Positions 1 through 11,686 of a stretch of DNA of 64,000 nt are shown one piece after another. The notes under the pieces were generated by a model. The model was given only the letters and a program-made list of their open reading frames with translations, was not told the DNA's origin and searched no databases. Numbering within the stretch: position 1 is the stretch's first letter; each line of letters starts with the position of its first letter. The DNA is from Paraspadella gotoi (taxonomy: Eukaryota; Animalia; Chaetognatha). The stretch spans positions 26,696,495 through 26,760,494 of the forward strand of contig CM119267.1 of assembly GCA_051294375.1 (NCBI GenBank), given 5' to 3'. A program made the translations under genes and the position numbers.

Positions 1-30
1 TAGTTTTCTCGGAACTTGTTTTGGTCACAA

Positions 31-940
31 AAAAGGGGTGAAGTAGCATCCGTCTAGAATTTCTAAGACGCCAAGCTCTGTAACTCGAGTACAAATGATA
101 ATTTGAAAGCGAGTTTTTGTCTTGTTATCGAGTACTCATATGGCTACTCCCCCTTCGGTAAGCCATTGCTCTACGACCACTTTTGGGACATAGCAGTTTA
201 TTGTAAAAATTGACCTTGAGTGGGATTCGAATCCTACCATTCCATTCCGCATCAAAGTCTTAGCTTTTAACTACTCAGCCATCACATTATTTTTTGTTAT
301 GCCAACCAATTTCATTCTTTCATTCTCTCAATCATTAGCCCATTTTTTGAGAGAATTCTGTGAGAATTGTCGCTTATTCTCATGCAAGCGGGCAAGTGTC
401 TGATGTTTCGCATGTAACGAATTGTCTCATCGTGAGTCATCAAAAAAAAGTTGTATTGTAAAGGTTGAAACGTTTTAATTCTTTATAGAGATCTCTCGAA
501 AACTTGTAAACACTTAATAAAACACAAGCAAAGTGAAAATGTTTCACGTCGTGGCTTAACAATGAGGCAACTGCCTCTGACTTTTTCAAAATTTCAAACA
601 ATAATGAATTTTTTGTTTCCCCGCAAAAAATAAAAGCGAACCTACAGCTTTATATAATTTAATTTGAACAACATTTTCTAGAAAATCATTTGGCCGAGTG
701 CTTAGCGTGCCGGATTTCATCATTACGAAGAGCTTGCAGGTTCAAATCTAGCCGAAGTTACTTTTTACCAGAAGTTTTGATGTCCCAAAATTGGTCGTAG
801 AGCAATGGCTTACCGAAGGGGGAGTAGCCATATGTGTGCTAGATATCAAGACAAAAGCTCTCTTTAAAATTATCATTTGTACTCGAGTTATAGAGCTTGC
901 CGTCTCAGAAATTTAGACGGATGCTACTGTACCTCATTTT
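31..940. mobile_element. Foldback/MITE-like element with about 150-bp inverted arms and tRNA-like segments inside both arms
   Basis: About 31-190 (gtagcatccgtcta...cccccttcggtaagccattgctctacgacca..ttttgggaca) is the reverse complement of about 780-940; A/B-box-like motifs at 212-285 (-) and 685-760 (+). Confidence 0.75.
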
Positions 941-959
941 ATAATATGAAGCCTTCTGT

Positions 960-1070
960 AATTAGTTTATTAATTAAATAATTTAAATTATTATTTTAGT
1001 TTATGTAGTTTGTATTAATTAATTAATTAATGATCGTGGGCAGATCCGACATTGTTTGCTCAAACTTGTT
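960..1070 (+). mobile_element. 3' end remnant of DINE-1/HINE-like element (family A)
   Basis: AT-rich taat repeats, then gatcgtgggcagatccgacattgtttgctcaaacttgtt, identical to the 3' terminus of the 21986-22753 copy. Confidence 0.8.
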
Positions 1071-1079
1071 TATTTTCAG

Positions 1080-1241
1080 CTCTATTCCTGTTTTTCTTTG
1101 GTTCCTCGTTCTCCTCAACTCGAGCCTCGTCCGAGATTCACTCGTCCAAGTTTATCGCGAGGGACTCCTCGTCACAACGCTCGTCCTTTTCATCGGCGTC
1201 ATCGGAGGAACCGAACTACTCGTCGCCTCATTCTTCTACAG
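1080..1241 (+). CDS. PIGN: PIGN exon (first in window; gene continues upstream)
   Basis: Follows the ttttcag acceptor; translates SIPVFLWFLVLLN...GVIGGTELLVASFFYR, matching vertebrate PIGN GIEVLVLSFFYR. Donor is GC at 1242 (or GT at 1245, which adds one Gln). Confidence 0.85.
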
Positions 1242-1308
1242 GCAGTCAAGCACTCGATCCAAATTAGACTTTGCTTCTTTAACTTTATTTATTTAATTTC
1301 TTGTTCAG

Positions 1309-1382
1309 GGAGTTTTTATCAGTTTCGTTAGTCATTGTGGGTCTTTGGCCTTTGGTCACTTCTCTTCGCCAGGACGCGCCTG
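1309..1382 (+). CDS. PIGN: PIGN exon
   Basis: ttgttcag acceptor, gtaagt donor; EFLSVSLVIVGLWPLVTSLRQDAP aligns to PIGN YMLTAGLTAFAAWPFLTRL; phases are consistent with both neighbours. Confidence 0.85.
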
Positions 1383-3200
1383 GTAAGTATCCTAAACTTT
1401 TAGTGAAAAGTCGCAAGATCGGGGATTTGCGACGATGACGCTACAATAAGGTTTCTAAATACCTTTACAATTTTAGTGGTTTTCAATGGAAATAGAAATC
1501 ACGATTTAATTGTAAACACGAAATCGTTTATTTTATTATGTACATGGTGACAATTTTACAAATTAGTTGAGTAGAAAATATTAAAGTCATTTATGTGTTC
1601 AAATTTTATATTGATCAGTTAAGATATGCCTTGACAATGAGTGGAGAAAGTTGGCTTGTAAAATTGGGTTTCATTTTCCAACTCACTTTTTTTAGATTCA
1701 ATTTTTTTTTCTTACTTTCAGTAAGTTTTCTAAAGAAATTTGAAATAAAATAATATTAATATTATTATCTTCTGAAAGCCCTTTCAAATTTAAAGAGAAT
1801 GACGTAATTACAAATACTGTAGTATAAAATATAACCGGCCCAGCTTTAATTTAATTAGGATACTCAAAGGCAGTGATTTCTATCGAGGAATTCAGCAGAA
1901 CAAGTTTGAGCAAACAATGTCGGATCTGGCTACGATAATTAATTAATTAATTAATTAATCGATTAATTAATTAATTAATTTTAATATGTAATAATTAATT
2001 TTAAATTTATATTCAACTTCATCATCGATGTCCTTAAAATTGGGTTAGGACAGTTATTAAATATGTTTTGTTTACATTTTATCAAAACAAACAAATATCC
2101 TTATTTTTATTTTTATGTCTCCTTGTCTCTCTCTCTCTCTCTCTCTCCTCTCTCTCACTTTTTATGCAATTGCTTTATGCTTTTAAGATTTTTTTAACTT
2201 GCATCATTTTTTCACATTAATTAATGAATTAGTTAACATAATTATTAATTAAAACATTTATTAGTAATCATTAATATTAAAGATTCAAGTAAATGTACTT
2301 ATGTTTTTTCCATCTAAACTCATTTTCACTGGCACAATTCCGTCAAAACTTTATATAATTATGATATATTAATAAATATTTAAAAGCTTCAGTGCAACAA
2401 CCCAATGAACTAATTCAAAAAGTTACATTGAAAATCGATTTAGTAGTAGAAGGAAAAAAGAAATTTTTTTGAGAGAACTAGAAGTTATAAAAAGTGTTCA
2501 ATTTTGGCTAGATATTAGGCCGGAACAGGTTGAAAACTAAAAGTTCTCTCAAATGGTTAATGGTTAATGGTTAAGCGACTATTAATAATATGAAAATGAA
2601 AAATAATTTTTAAAATTTTGCTATCAATTTTTTAGAGATTCTGATAGAGCTTTAAAAGTTAGATAAAGGTTATTAATACAACTTTTTTTTTTGTTTTATT
2701 AATGAAAAATTAAAAAAAATAAATTTCAGCCAATAATGATGATGATGATAATTTTTTAAGGTTTTTTCTATTTTTAACCAATTTATTGTCAAAATTTGAA
2801 AAAATATAGTACTAACTTTCATTAACTTTTTAAGCTCTACAAGAACCCGTTCTTAAAAAATCAAATTAAAAAAAATTTTTTTTGTCATTTGTTATATATT
2901 AATAAATATTTAAAAGCTTCAGTGCAACGACCCAATGAACTAATTCAAAAAGTTACATTGAAAATCGATTTAGTAGTAAAGAAAAAAAGAAATTTTTTTG
3001 AGAGAACTAGAAGTTATAAAAAGTGTTCAATTTTGGCCCGCCTTACTAGATATATTGCATGTGATTAACAATGTTATCGGAATAATAATTTTATCAATTT
3101 TATGTATTTTGTAAGTATTTAATTATTTTTATTCAGTGAGTAAAATAACTTTTATATTCGCTAATTTTTATTTCGGACTCTCTCTCTTCTTTCTCTCTCT

Positions 3201-3241
<41 letters not shown>

Positions 3242-3567
3242 AATTGCAACGATCCTTATGCTCATTTTTTCAGCTCTCTCTCTCTCTCTCTCTTTGCAAT
3301 TGCGACGATCCTATGCTCATTTTTCTGCTCTCTTTCTCTCTCTTTCTCAAGTAAATGTAACTTATATTTTTTCCATTTAAACTCATTTCCACTGGCACAA
3401 TTCCGTCAAAACTTTATATCTCGCTTCTTCACACACTTTCCTACCGCTCACAAAATTTCATCTCAATCTATATTGGGTTAAAATAAGTAAAAAGATTCAA
3501 GTAAATGTGACTCATATTTTTCATTTAAACTCATTTCCACCCGTACGTTCCACCAAAACTTTATATC

Positions 3568-3825
3568 TGTAGCATTTATCCCTAGCACCAATTAACTATT
3601 TATTAATTATTAAGGAACCAATTATTTAATCATCTTAGTTATTAAGTAATATACTTTACAAAATCTCTCAATTTAATATTATAATTATAAATAGCATGTC
3701 AACATCGGGAATCGAACCCCGACTTAACGAACTACGAGCACCGCCTTAATCGATGTCGCCACTCGGCACGTTTTCGGAAACACTCCCAACCTCGGATTTA
3801 TTGGTGCTAAGGATAATCACATACA
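3568..3825 (-). mobile_element. Small TGT...ACA-bounded insertion with a tRNA-like core
   Basis: Interrupts a HINE repeat unit; inverted ends ttatccctagcaccaat/attggtgctaaggataa; the minus strand has GTGGCGACATCGATTAAGGCG and GGTTCGATTCCC (A-box-like and B-box). Confidence 0.6.
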
Positions 3826-4309
3826 AGCATCGTTACACACATTTTTCTACCCCACACAAAAAATTTGAACTCAATCTATCCATCCAATTATGATTAATTA
3901 GAGTACTTATTGGTTAAAATAATTAAAAATATTTTAGTAAATGCGGCTTATGTTTTTTCTTCTTAAACTCACACGATTCGTCGAAACTTTATATCCAGCT
4001 TTATCACACACTTTCCTACCCACACACAAAATTTCTTTCCAATCCAACCAGCCAATCACGAGTTATTGGAGCTTTTTGCTAAGGTGGGACTGATAATTAT
4101 TTGATTTATTAATACATCCTGCATATACATTTAATATAAAAGGAAAAAAGAATCATAATCAATTAGTGAAACAGGTTTTTTGTTTTTTTACATTTAAACT
4201 CATTTCCACTCAAAAGATTCCATCGAAACTTGGTTTCCTGTTCAATCACACATTTTTCTACTCACATACAAAATTCCAGGTCAATCGATAATTAAGTGGT
4301 AATAATTTA

Positions 4310-4684
4310 ATCAACTTGCATAATTTTGTCCAATCATTTGGTTAACTGACATATTTGGTCTACTGACATAATTTGGTCAACTGACATAATTTGATCAATT
4401 AAGATAATTTGGTCAACAGGCATAATTTGGTCAACTGGCATAATTTATCAACTGGCCTAATTTGGTCAACTAGCATAATTTGGTCAACTGGCAAGATTTG
4501 GTCAACTGGCATAATTTGGTCAACTGGCATGTTTGGTCAACAGGCATAATTTGGTCAACAGGCATAATTTGGTCAACTTGCAGAACTTGATCAACTTGCA
4601 GAATTTGGTCAACCTGCATAATTTGGTCAACTTTAAGAATTTGGTCAACTGGCATATTTTTGTCAATTGGCATAATTTGGTCAA
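4310..4684. repeat. 18-bp minisatellite (ttggtcaactggcataat)n
   Basis: About 20 degenerate tandem units inside the HINE-A copy; explains ORFs 4470-4688 and 4533-4718. Confidence 0.9.
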
Positions 4685-7600
4685 TCAATCAATCAATCAA
4701 TCAATCAGAGAGAGATAGAGAGAGAGAAACTTAAAAAATTCAAATAAATGTGTCTAATTTGAACTCTTTTCCACTCCTACGATTCCATCAAAAATTTATA
4801 TCCGCTTTATCACATACTTCCCTACCACACACAAAATTCCTTTCGATTTATCTATCAATTTTTAATAAACATAATAATTATGAGTAAATTTAAGTAAAAA
4901 TACTTCAAGTAAATATGACTTTTGTTTTTTCCATTTTAACTCATTTCCACTCGCCACGATTCCATCGAAACTTTATATCCAGCTCAATCACACACTTCCT
5001 ACCATCATACAAAATTTCAAGTCAATTGCCCTATTCACTATAGCAATTGGCGTTCAAATAGTGAAATATATTTTTTTGTTTTTTCCATTTAAACAATTTC
5101 CACTCGCACGATTCCCTCGAAACTTCATATCCATCTCAATCACACAGTTTCCTACCCACACACAAAATTTCATACCAATCCATCCATACAATCACGAGTA
5201 ATTGGAGTTTTTTGCTAAGGTGGGACGGACGGACGGACGGACATCGTTTTTTTTGTCATAAATTATCATAATTCGATGTTCTGACATGATATAAGTGTGT
5301 GCCCGACAATATTGAGGGGGCGGACCGACGGACCGAAAAAGTGAGTTATAGAGTCGGGATCTGCTGATAAGCAGATCCGACTAAAAACCACTTTTTGCAA
5401 TATTGCTAGAATATTACCAACAGAATTGATTAAATTTGAACCCTAAGACAAAGTGGGCTGGACTACGGATTAATTAAAATCATCTGCTGCTTTTTCTAAT
5501 CAAGAATCAATATAATTTTTGCAACTTTAAATAAAAAAAATTATGTCCATTTTGACTTTTGTCTTGAGATTTGAACGTCAAGATCATTGAAGAAAAAATT
5601 TTTACTCCGGATTTCGGGTACTTCTTATCTTATCACTGAGTGGGTTCATTTGCCGTTGGTCATCCATTGTTTGCCTATGAATTAATTTTTAAATTGACTA
5701 GTAAAAAAATTACATTTTTACATTTTATTACAATTTGTTAAACGAAAATACTTCAAAATGTCCACAAATCTAATCAAATATTCCCTTTCAACGGTGCTTC
5801 TGGTACCTAAAAAATTAGGGCAAAAAATCTAATAGTTTTGCAGAAATTAAATTTTTAAGTCAACTTTAATTTGTGAGGATTTATTTGAACTAAAACTCGG
5901 TTTTTGACTTATTTTATAGTTTTAATAGATGAGAAATATACTAAGGTTAATGAATTTAAAAAAACCGCATTCTTTTAATGTAATGGAAAGCGTCAGTAAT
6001 TTTTTTCCTCTCAATCGACAGGTTTTTGCGGAAAAAATTTCCGCAAAAATCTGTCAATTTTTTAAATCTGCTTGCCTACCAAACTTTGAATAAAATCATA
6101 CGCTACCCAAGATTTTTTTCTTACAATACATTTTAAAGATTTTTAAAATGAGTGAGAATGAAAAAAAGATAAGAGAAGAGAGAGCATGTGTGAAAAAAAG
6201 TTGCAGGGAGAGAGAGAAAGAGTGGAAAGAAATTAATATATGGGGAGAAGGGGGAAAACGAAAAAAAGAGAAAAGAAAAGATAAGAAAGAGGGAAGAAAG
6301 AGAATCAGAGAGGGAGAGAAAAGCAGAGATAGAGAGGAAGATAAATAAAGGTAAAGGAAGAAAAGAATGGATGACACTGAAAAATATGAAGACAGAAAAG
6401 TCAGAGAAAGGGAGAGAAAGAGAGAAAAAGAGAGGGACAGAGAGAAGGTTCAAGAGAGAAAAAAATAGTGGAAAAAATGGAAAAAAGTTTTAAAATATAG
6501 CGTGCCGTTTTTTTGCCTAATCTGTAGTATATCTAAAAAACGTGATAGATCTGACGAGCAATTTAATCTTTAAAAGTTGCCCTTACCATGAAAAATCGTT
6601 TTAGTTTCATCTTAAGGTAAAAGAAATTATGTCTTACCGTATTTTGAAAGCATAGAAATTCACCCAGTGAGTTCGATGTTATAAGGAGAAAATAACTATA
6701 GCCAACCGTTTTTTTAAATAAAGCGTGTTTTATATTAATCAGTGGAAAAAAAAGAAATAATAGTTATGAAATTGGTACAACCAATATAAAAATTATCCAT
6801 TCATTTAATAAATAAGCTATCTTGCCCCTGACTTTGGACAGGCTTTGGTGGTTTAAGGCCTCCATCACTCTTACAAGATAATGACATAGCAGCATATAAG
6901 TTTCAATTCTATTGTTGAAAATACCCGAATAGAAATCACTGCCCAAAACGAGACATCTTTCCAAAAGTCAATAGCTGGAGGGTAAATTTAAGATTTTTAT
7001 CAAATTGTGAGTGGCTATTTTAAATTTTTTTTTCAGGCTCCTTCATGATACTTTTATAAATAATAATATTTAATGTTATAATAATTTAAACAGGTCATAT
7101 ATTTTATAAAAAGATTTAATGAAATTGGACAGGCTTTGGTGGTTTAAGGCCTCCACCACTCTTACAAGATAATGACATAGCAGGTCCCTGCAAGCTTTCA
7201 ATCAAGACTCTCTCACAGTCTCGTTTATTCACTCCCAGAGTACCTGCCTTCCCTATCAATGAAGTGGTATAATATTTCAAAGAATGTTTCAATTGTATGA
7301 AAAGACCACTCCCTTAAGTATTAGATCGGGGAATACTTATTGTACTCCGCACTCGCATCAAAATACAAGGAGCTGAATTTTTTAAAATTTTAGATAATTA
7401 ACTTTTGACTCTCCTAATTGAACCAAGGCTCGGTAGCTTAATTTTTATATTAGAGCTTTCGTAAGTATATCATTCTCTTCATTTTTTAAAGGGCTTTCTG
7501 AGGATATTAATATTGTTAATATTTTAATAAATACTTTGTTTAAAAAAGTGCTAAAAGTTGAAGAAAAAAAAAGAATTTAAAAACAGTGAGTTGGAAAATG

Positions 7601-9431
7601 AAACCCGATTTTACAAGCCAACTTTCTCTACTCATTGTCAAGGCATATCTTAACTGATCAATATAAAATTTGAACACATAAATGACTTTCATATTTTCTA
7701 CTCAACTAATTTTTATTAAAATCAATGAAATAACCACTGGTTTGCAAATGACAGCATTTTTTTACCGGCGCTTGTAAAATTGTCACCATGTACAAAACAG
7801 CAAAGTATTTCCAATGTAAAATTCAAAGCATTACAACCATTCGGGCCGAGGGCTTATCTTTGAATAATTGCTTTCCCTCATCCCTCGGCCCATCCAACGT
7901 CGCCCTTTGCCCCAGTCCCAGTTCTCGCCCCATGATTCGTCCGTCTCGCGCTCCTCTTTGATCGCCCGATCGCGGTCCATGAGAGAGAGAGGGGGATAGG
8001 GAACATGGTGAACGGAGGGGAGGCGGATCTTTGTATCTGCTGACGATACTTTTGTTGTACCCCTCGTTGGGGATGAGCATCATTTTTAAACAACTCATTG
8101 TTTTATATCAAATTTGGTAGCGTTCGATAGACAATTGCAAACATTATCTACATGCATAATTTCATCATAATCCGACAATCTGTTCAAAAGTAATCACCAA
8201 AAAGCAATCGCAAAAATCGCTCTTCAAACCGATCAACTTTCGCTTAAAATCGAGCTCGTTTTGATCCAACAAAGTCAAAGATTAGTACTATGCGTAGTAC
8301 TAAGCTTTAGAACCGGCGCAGAGTGAGATCCTGGGCCTGAATTTTTCAGAAAAATCCCGTTCAATTAAAAATATCTTTTTATTATATATTAATTATAAGA
8401 ATAATTTTTTAAAAATTTATTTGAATATTAAAATAATTAAAAAGTAATTTTATATAATTTTAAATAAATAAAATAAAATTATTTTATAATAAAATATATA
8501 TTATTATCAGATTATATAATAATAATAAAATAATAATTATAATTAAAAAAATAAAATTATAATTAAAAAAATAAAATTATAAATTAAAATATATATATTT
8601 TATTTATTATTATTATTTTATTATTATTATTATTGTTATTATTATTATTAAAATTAAAAAATTTTTTTATCTATTATATTTAATATGATTATTATATTTC
8701 ATTAAAATTAAAATTTTATTTTAATCTTATATTTTTTAATTATACCATGATAAAAAAAAATATCGCAGTTTAAAAAAATTAACTAATTTTATTATAAAAT
8801 ATAATTTTTTATGCATATATACTTTTTAATATATAGTATTACCTTTCTCGGATTGAATAAAAAAGTTCATTTTTAAAACTATCATTATATTTATATAAAT
8901 ATTTTTTATATATTATATAATAATATAAAAAATTTAAAAAATTATTTTTCTAACATTTGGGACTCACAAGCAAAACTGTGCGACGATTTTTGTTTTTAAT
9001 AAATTTTTATTGGACTTTTTTTAAATTTTGCATTATATTGAGAAAATGCTTTTGAATTAAGCCCGCGCTCTACCTGATTTGAATAGTAAAATCAATACAG
9101 TTTCTGTCAATTGTGTTCAAAATTGAAAAAAATGAAGGCTTGACTATGCAGTTTTCACCTAAAAAACCAGTTCATTTGATTGCTTTATCAAGCATTAAAG
9201 ATTGCAAGGCTTCCCAAGACGCCAAGCTTTCAGAATCTGCCCATATTTTTTTGGGCCGTGACTATGCAGTTTTGAATAGAAGTGAAATATAAAGTAATCT
9301 TGATCGGAGCTTCGATTCGAACGATGCGCATCTCTACCCTCGTCCTTTTTTTATATAGGATTTAATATTTTATATTACCCTCATATTTTTATTGTATTGC
9401 AATAAGGTCAAACCGCTTAAAAGCATGATAC

Positions 9432-10004
9432 TATGGTGGACTAAAATCCACCAACCGTTCATCAGCGGCCATTGGTGCCGGAGGAAAGTCATTCGCCTCC
9501 CAACCCAAAGGTCCGGGGTTCTAGCAGTTAAGGGGGACAGGGCGCTTAACCCTCCTGTAACACGGTGTTACAGCCTGATCCGAAGCTCATTGACTGCTTA
9601 TATTTAATGGTTCTGTCACTAACACAACAATAATTACTGTTTTTTCATTGGTGAGCCCGACTTCCGAACACAACAGCAACAACACTTTCAGGCGACATGC
9701 CTCAACTTGGTGACGAACTTTCCACCATCAACAACAATACACTGAAGAGACGCAACAGACTTCTCCCTATGGGAGGGGGGGGATGTATGGTGGACTAAAA
9801 TCCACCAATCATTCATCAGCGGCCATTGGTGCCGGAGACAAGTCATTCGCCTCCCAACCCAAAAGTCCGGGATTCTAGCCCGGTGGTCGCTGAGCAGTTA
9901 AGGGGGACAGGGCGCTTAACCCTCTTGTAACACGGTGTTACAGCCTGATCCAAAGCTCAGGGACTGCTTATCATGAACTCATAGCAATAATTACTGTCTC
10001 TTCA
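9432..10004 (+). mobile_element. TRIM-like miniature LTR element, family 1
   Basis: Direct repeats 9432-9647 and 9786-10004; PBS TGGTGAGCCCGAC at 9649; PPT gggagggggggga at 9771-9783; about 140-bp non-coding interior; flanks atac/acac. Confidence 0.85.
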
Positions 10005-10058
10005 ACACCATCAGTTCGTAACTATCAGGTATCGGGATCGATCCCTAATGGTACCTAC

Positions 10059-11033
10059 CCTGCGGTAGAGCGTTGAAAAATAACAAAATATAACATAGGT
10101 ACATAGCTATTTTAGTGTAATGTAGTCTGTAGAATTCGATGGTGATGACCATTTTTTCTTGTCGGAAATGACGGTTTTTAATGTATATAAAATTGTTATA
10201 AAATAGCAAAACCATTATAAGTTATTTTAAATCAAATTATTAAAATTTTATAAAATTTATATGAGCTTTTGAAATATAAAAATAAAGACTTATAAAAATA
10301 TTTTGGTAAGTTTATTTCTAAATTTTATGTTTTATAAAATGTTAGTTAACTATATTTATTAATAATTGAGTAAAAATTAGGCTAACGTTAAAAAATAATA
10401 ATTTCAAAATTTTTTTCATGGATTTGCATTCTTTGCAAAAAGTTGATATAAGAAAATATAATTATTATATAAAAATTATGTCATTAAGTAGGTCAAAATT
10501 CAGAAAAACTATAATTTTAAGCCAAAAATTGAAAATTAAACAAAAATAGTAGTTTTTAATATTTTTAACCTACTTAATGAGAGAATTTTTTAAAATGGAT
10601 TATACTTTCTTATATCAACTTTTTGTAAGGAATTCAAATCCGTTTTTAAAATTTTAAAATTTTTATTTTTTCACTTTAGCTTATTTTTTATTATTATTTT
10701 TTAATAAGTATAGCTAACAAACTATTAATAAAATATAAAAATTTTAAATAAACTTACCAAAATATTAATATGGGTCTTTATTTTCATATAATGTAAGTTA
10801 AATATAGCTTTTATAAAATCTTAATAATTTGAGTTTCTTATACTCTACGATGTTTTCTCCATTTTAATAGCACCTTATATGCTGCAAAAATCGCCATTTC
10901 TGACAAAGAAGATGAGACTATACAAAAAAATGGTTATCATCATCGAATTCTACAGACTTTATTACACTAAAATATCTATGTATCTAACTTGATTTGTTAT
11001 ATTTTGTTATTTTTCAACGCACTACCCCGCAGG
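10059..11033. mobile_element. About 975-bp near-complete palindromic foldback element
   Basis: cctgcggtagagcgttgaaaaataacaaaatataaca is mirrored by tgttatattttgttatttttcaacgcactaccccgcagg, and the symmetry continues inward to about 10530; another copy starts at about 63955. Confidence 0.85.
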
Positions 11034-11211
11034 AAGCGTGAAGACGGCCCTACACTGCCTGGAAATCCCTCAAGCCTGATTCCAAGCATAGGACCAGTTC
11101 CATGGAGTCGAAGTTGCGGCTAGCGCTCTTCAGCCCATTTGGTGCCTTATCCACATAAAATTTTAATATTAATTTTAATATTTTAATAATAATAGTAATA
11201 AAAATAAATAA

Positions 11212-11686
11212 ACCCCGGACCTTTGGGTTGGGAGGCGAATGACTTGCCTCTGGCACCAATGGCCGCTGATGAATGATTGGTGGATTTTAGTCCACCATAC
11301 ATCCCCCCCTCCCATAGGGAGAAGTCTGTTACGTCTCTTCAGTGAATTGTTGTTGTTGGTGGAAAGTTTGTCACCAAGTTAAGGCATGTCGCCTTTTGTT
11401 TAGCGGAAAGTGAATTGCCAGGTTGAGGCATGTTGCCTGAAAGTGTTGTTGTTGCTGTTATGTTCGGAAGTTAGGCTCACCAATGAAGAGACAGTATTTA
11501 TTGTTGTTAGTGACAGAACCGTTCAATATAAGCAGCCCCTGAGCTTCGGATCAGGCTGCAACACCGTGTTACAGGCGGGTTAAGCGCCCCGTCCCTTTTA
11601 ACTGCTAGGCGACCACCGGGCTAGAATGACTTGCCTCTGGCACCTATGGCCGCTGATGAACGGTTGGTAGATTTTAGTCCACCATA
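11212..11686 (-). mobile_element. TRIM-like family 1, second copy (inverted, 3' LTR truncated)
   Basis: Reverse complement of the 9432-10004 element: 5' LTR 11686-11484, PBS at 11482-11471, PPT at about 11302-11313. Confidence 0.85.

Larger units (their letters stand above)
1899..5387 (-). mobile_element. DINE-1/HINE-like (Helentron-derived) element, family A, long copy
   Basis: Both termini are present in reverse (aacaagtttgagcaaacaatgtcggatct ... gtcgggatctgctgataagcagatccgactaaaaa); (ggac)n microsatellite; about 120-bp central tandem repeats; internal 18-bp satellite. Confidence 0.85.
1869..6943. mobile_element. Non-autonomous TIR element nested in the MITE
   Basis: 15-bp TIR GGCAGTGATTTCTAT/ATAGAAATCACTGCC flanked by caaa/caaa; the empty site is visible in the 35.3-kb MITE copy. 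Confidence 0.7.
1543..7790. mobile_element. TA-flanked TIR element (Tc1/mariner-type MITE) expanded by nested insertions
   Basis: TA|CATGGTGACAATTTTACA ... TGTAAAATTGTCACCATG|TA with about 250-bp inverted arms; a compact, un-nested relative lies at 34716-35577. Confidence 0.8.

Noticed and set aside
212-285. Functional tRNA genes at 212-285, 685-760, 3700-3770 and in the 52-kb LTRs
   Set aside because: A/B boxes are present but I could not form a convincing acceptor or anticodon stem; they are treated as tRNA-derived.
4470-4718. ORFs with VDQIMP/NLVN hexapeptide repeats
   Set aside because: They are a by-product of an 18-bp minisatellite inside a HINE.
11215-11275. HDV-like (GGCGAATG) or hammerhead (CTGATGA) ribozyme in the TRIM-1 LTR
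   Set aside because: I could not build the HDV nested pseudoknot, and no GAAA follows a stem II after CTGATGA.
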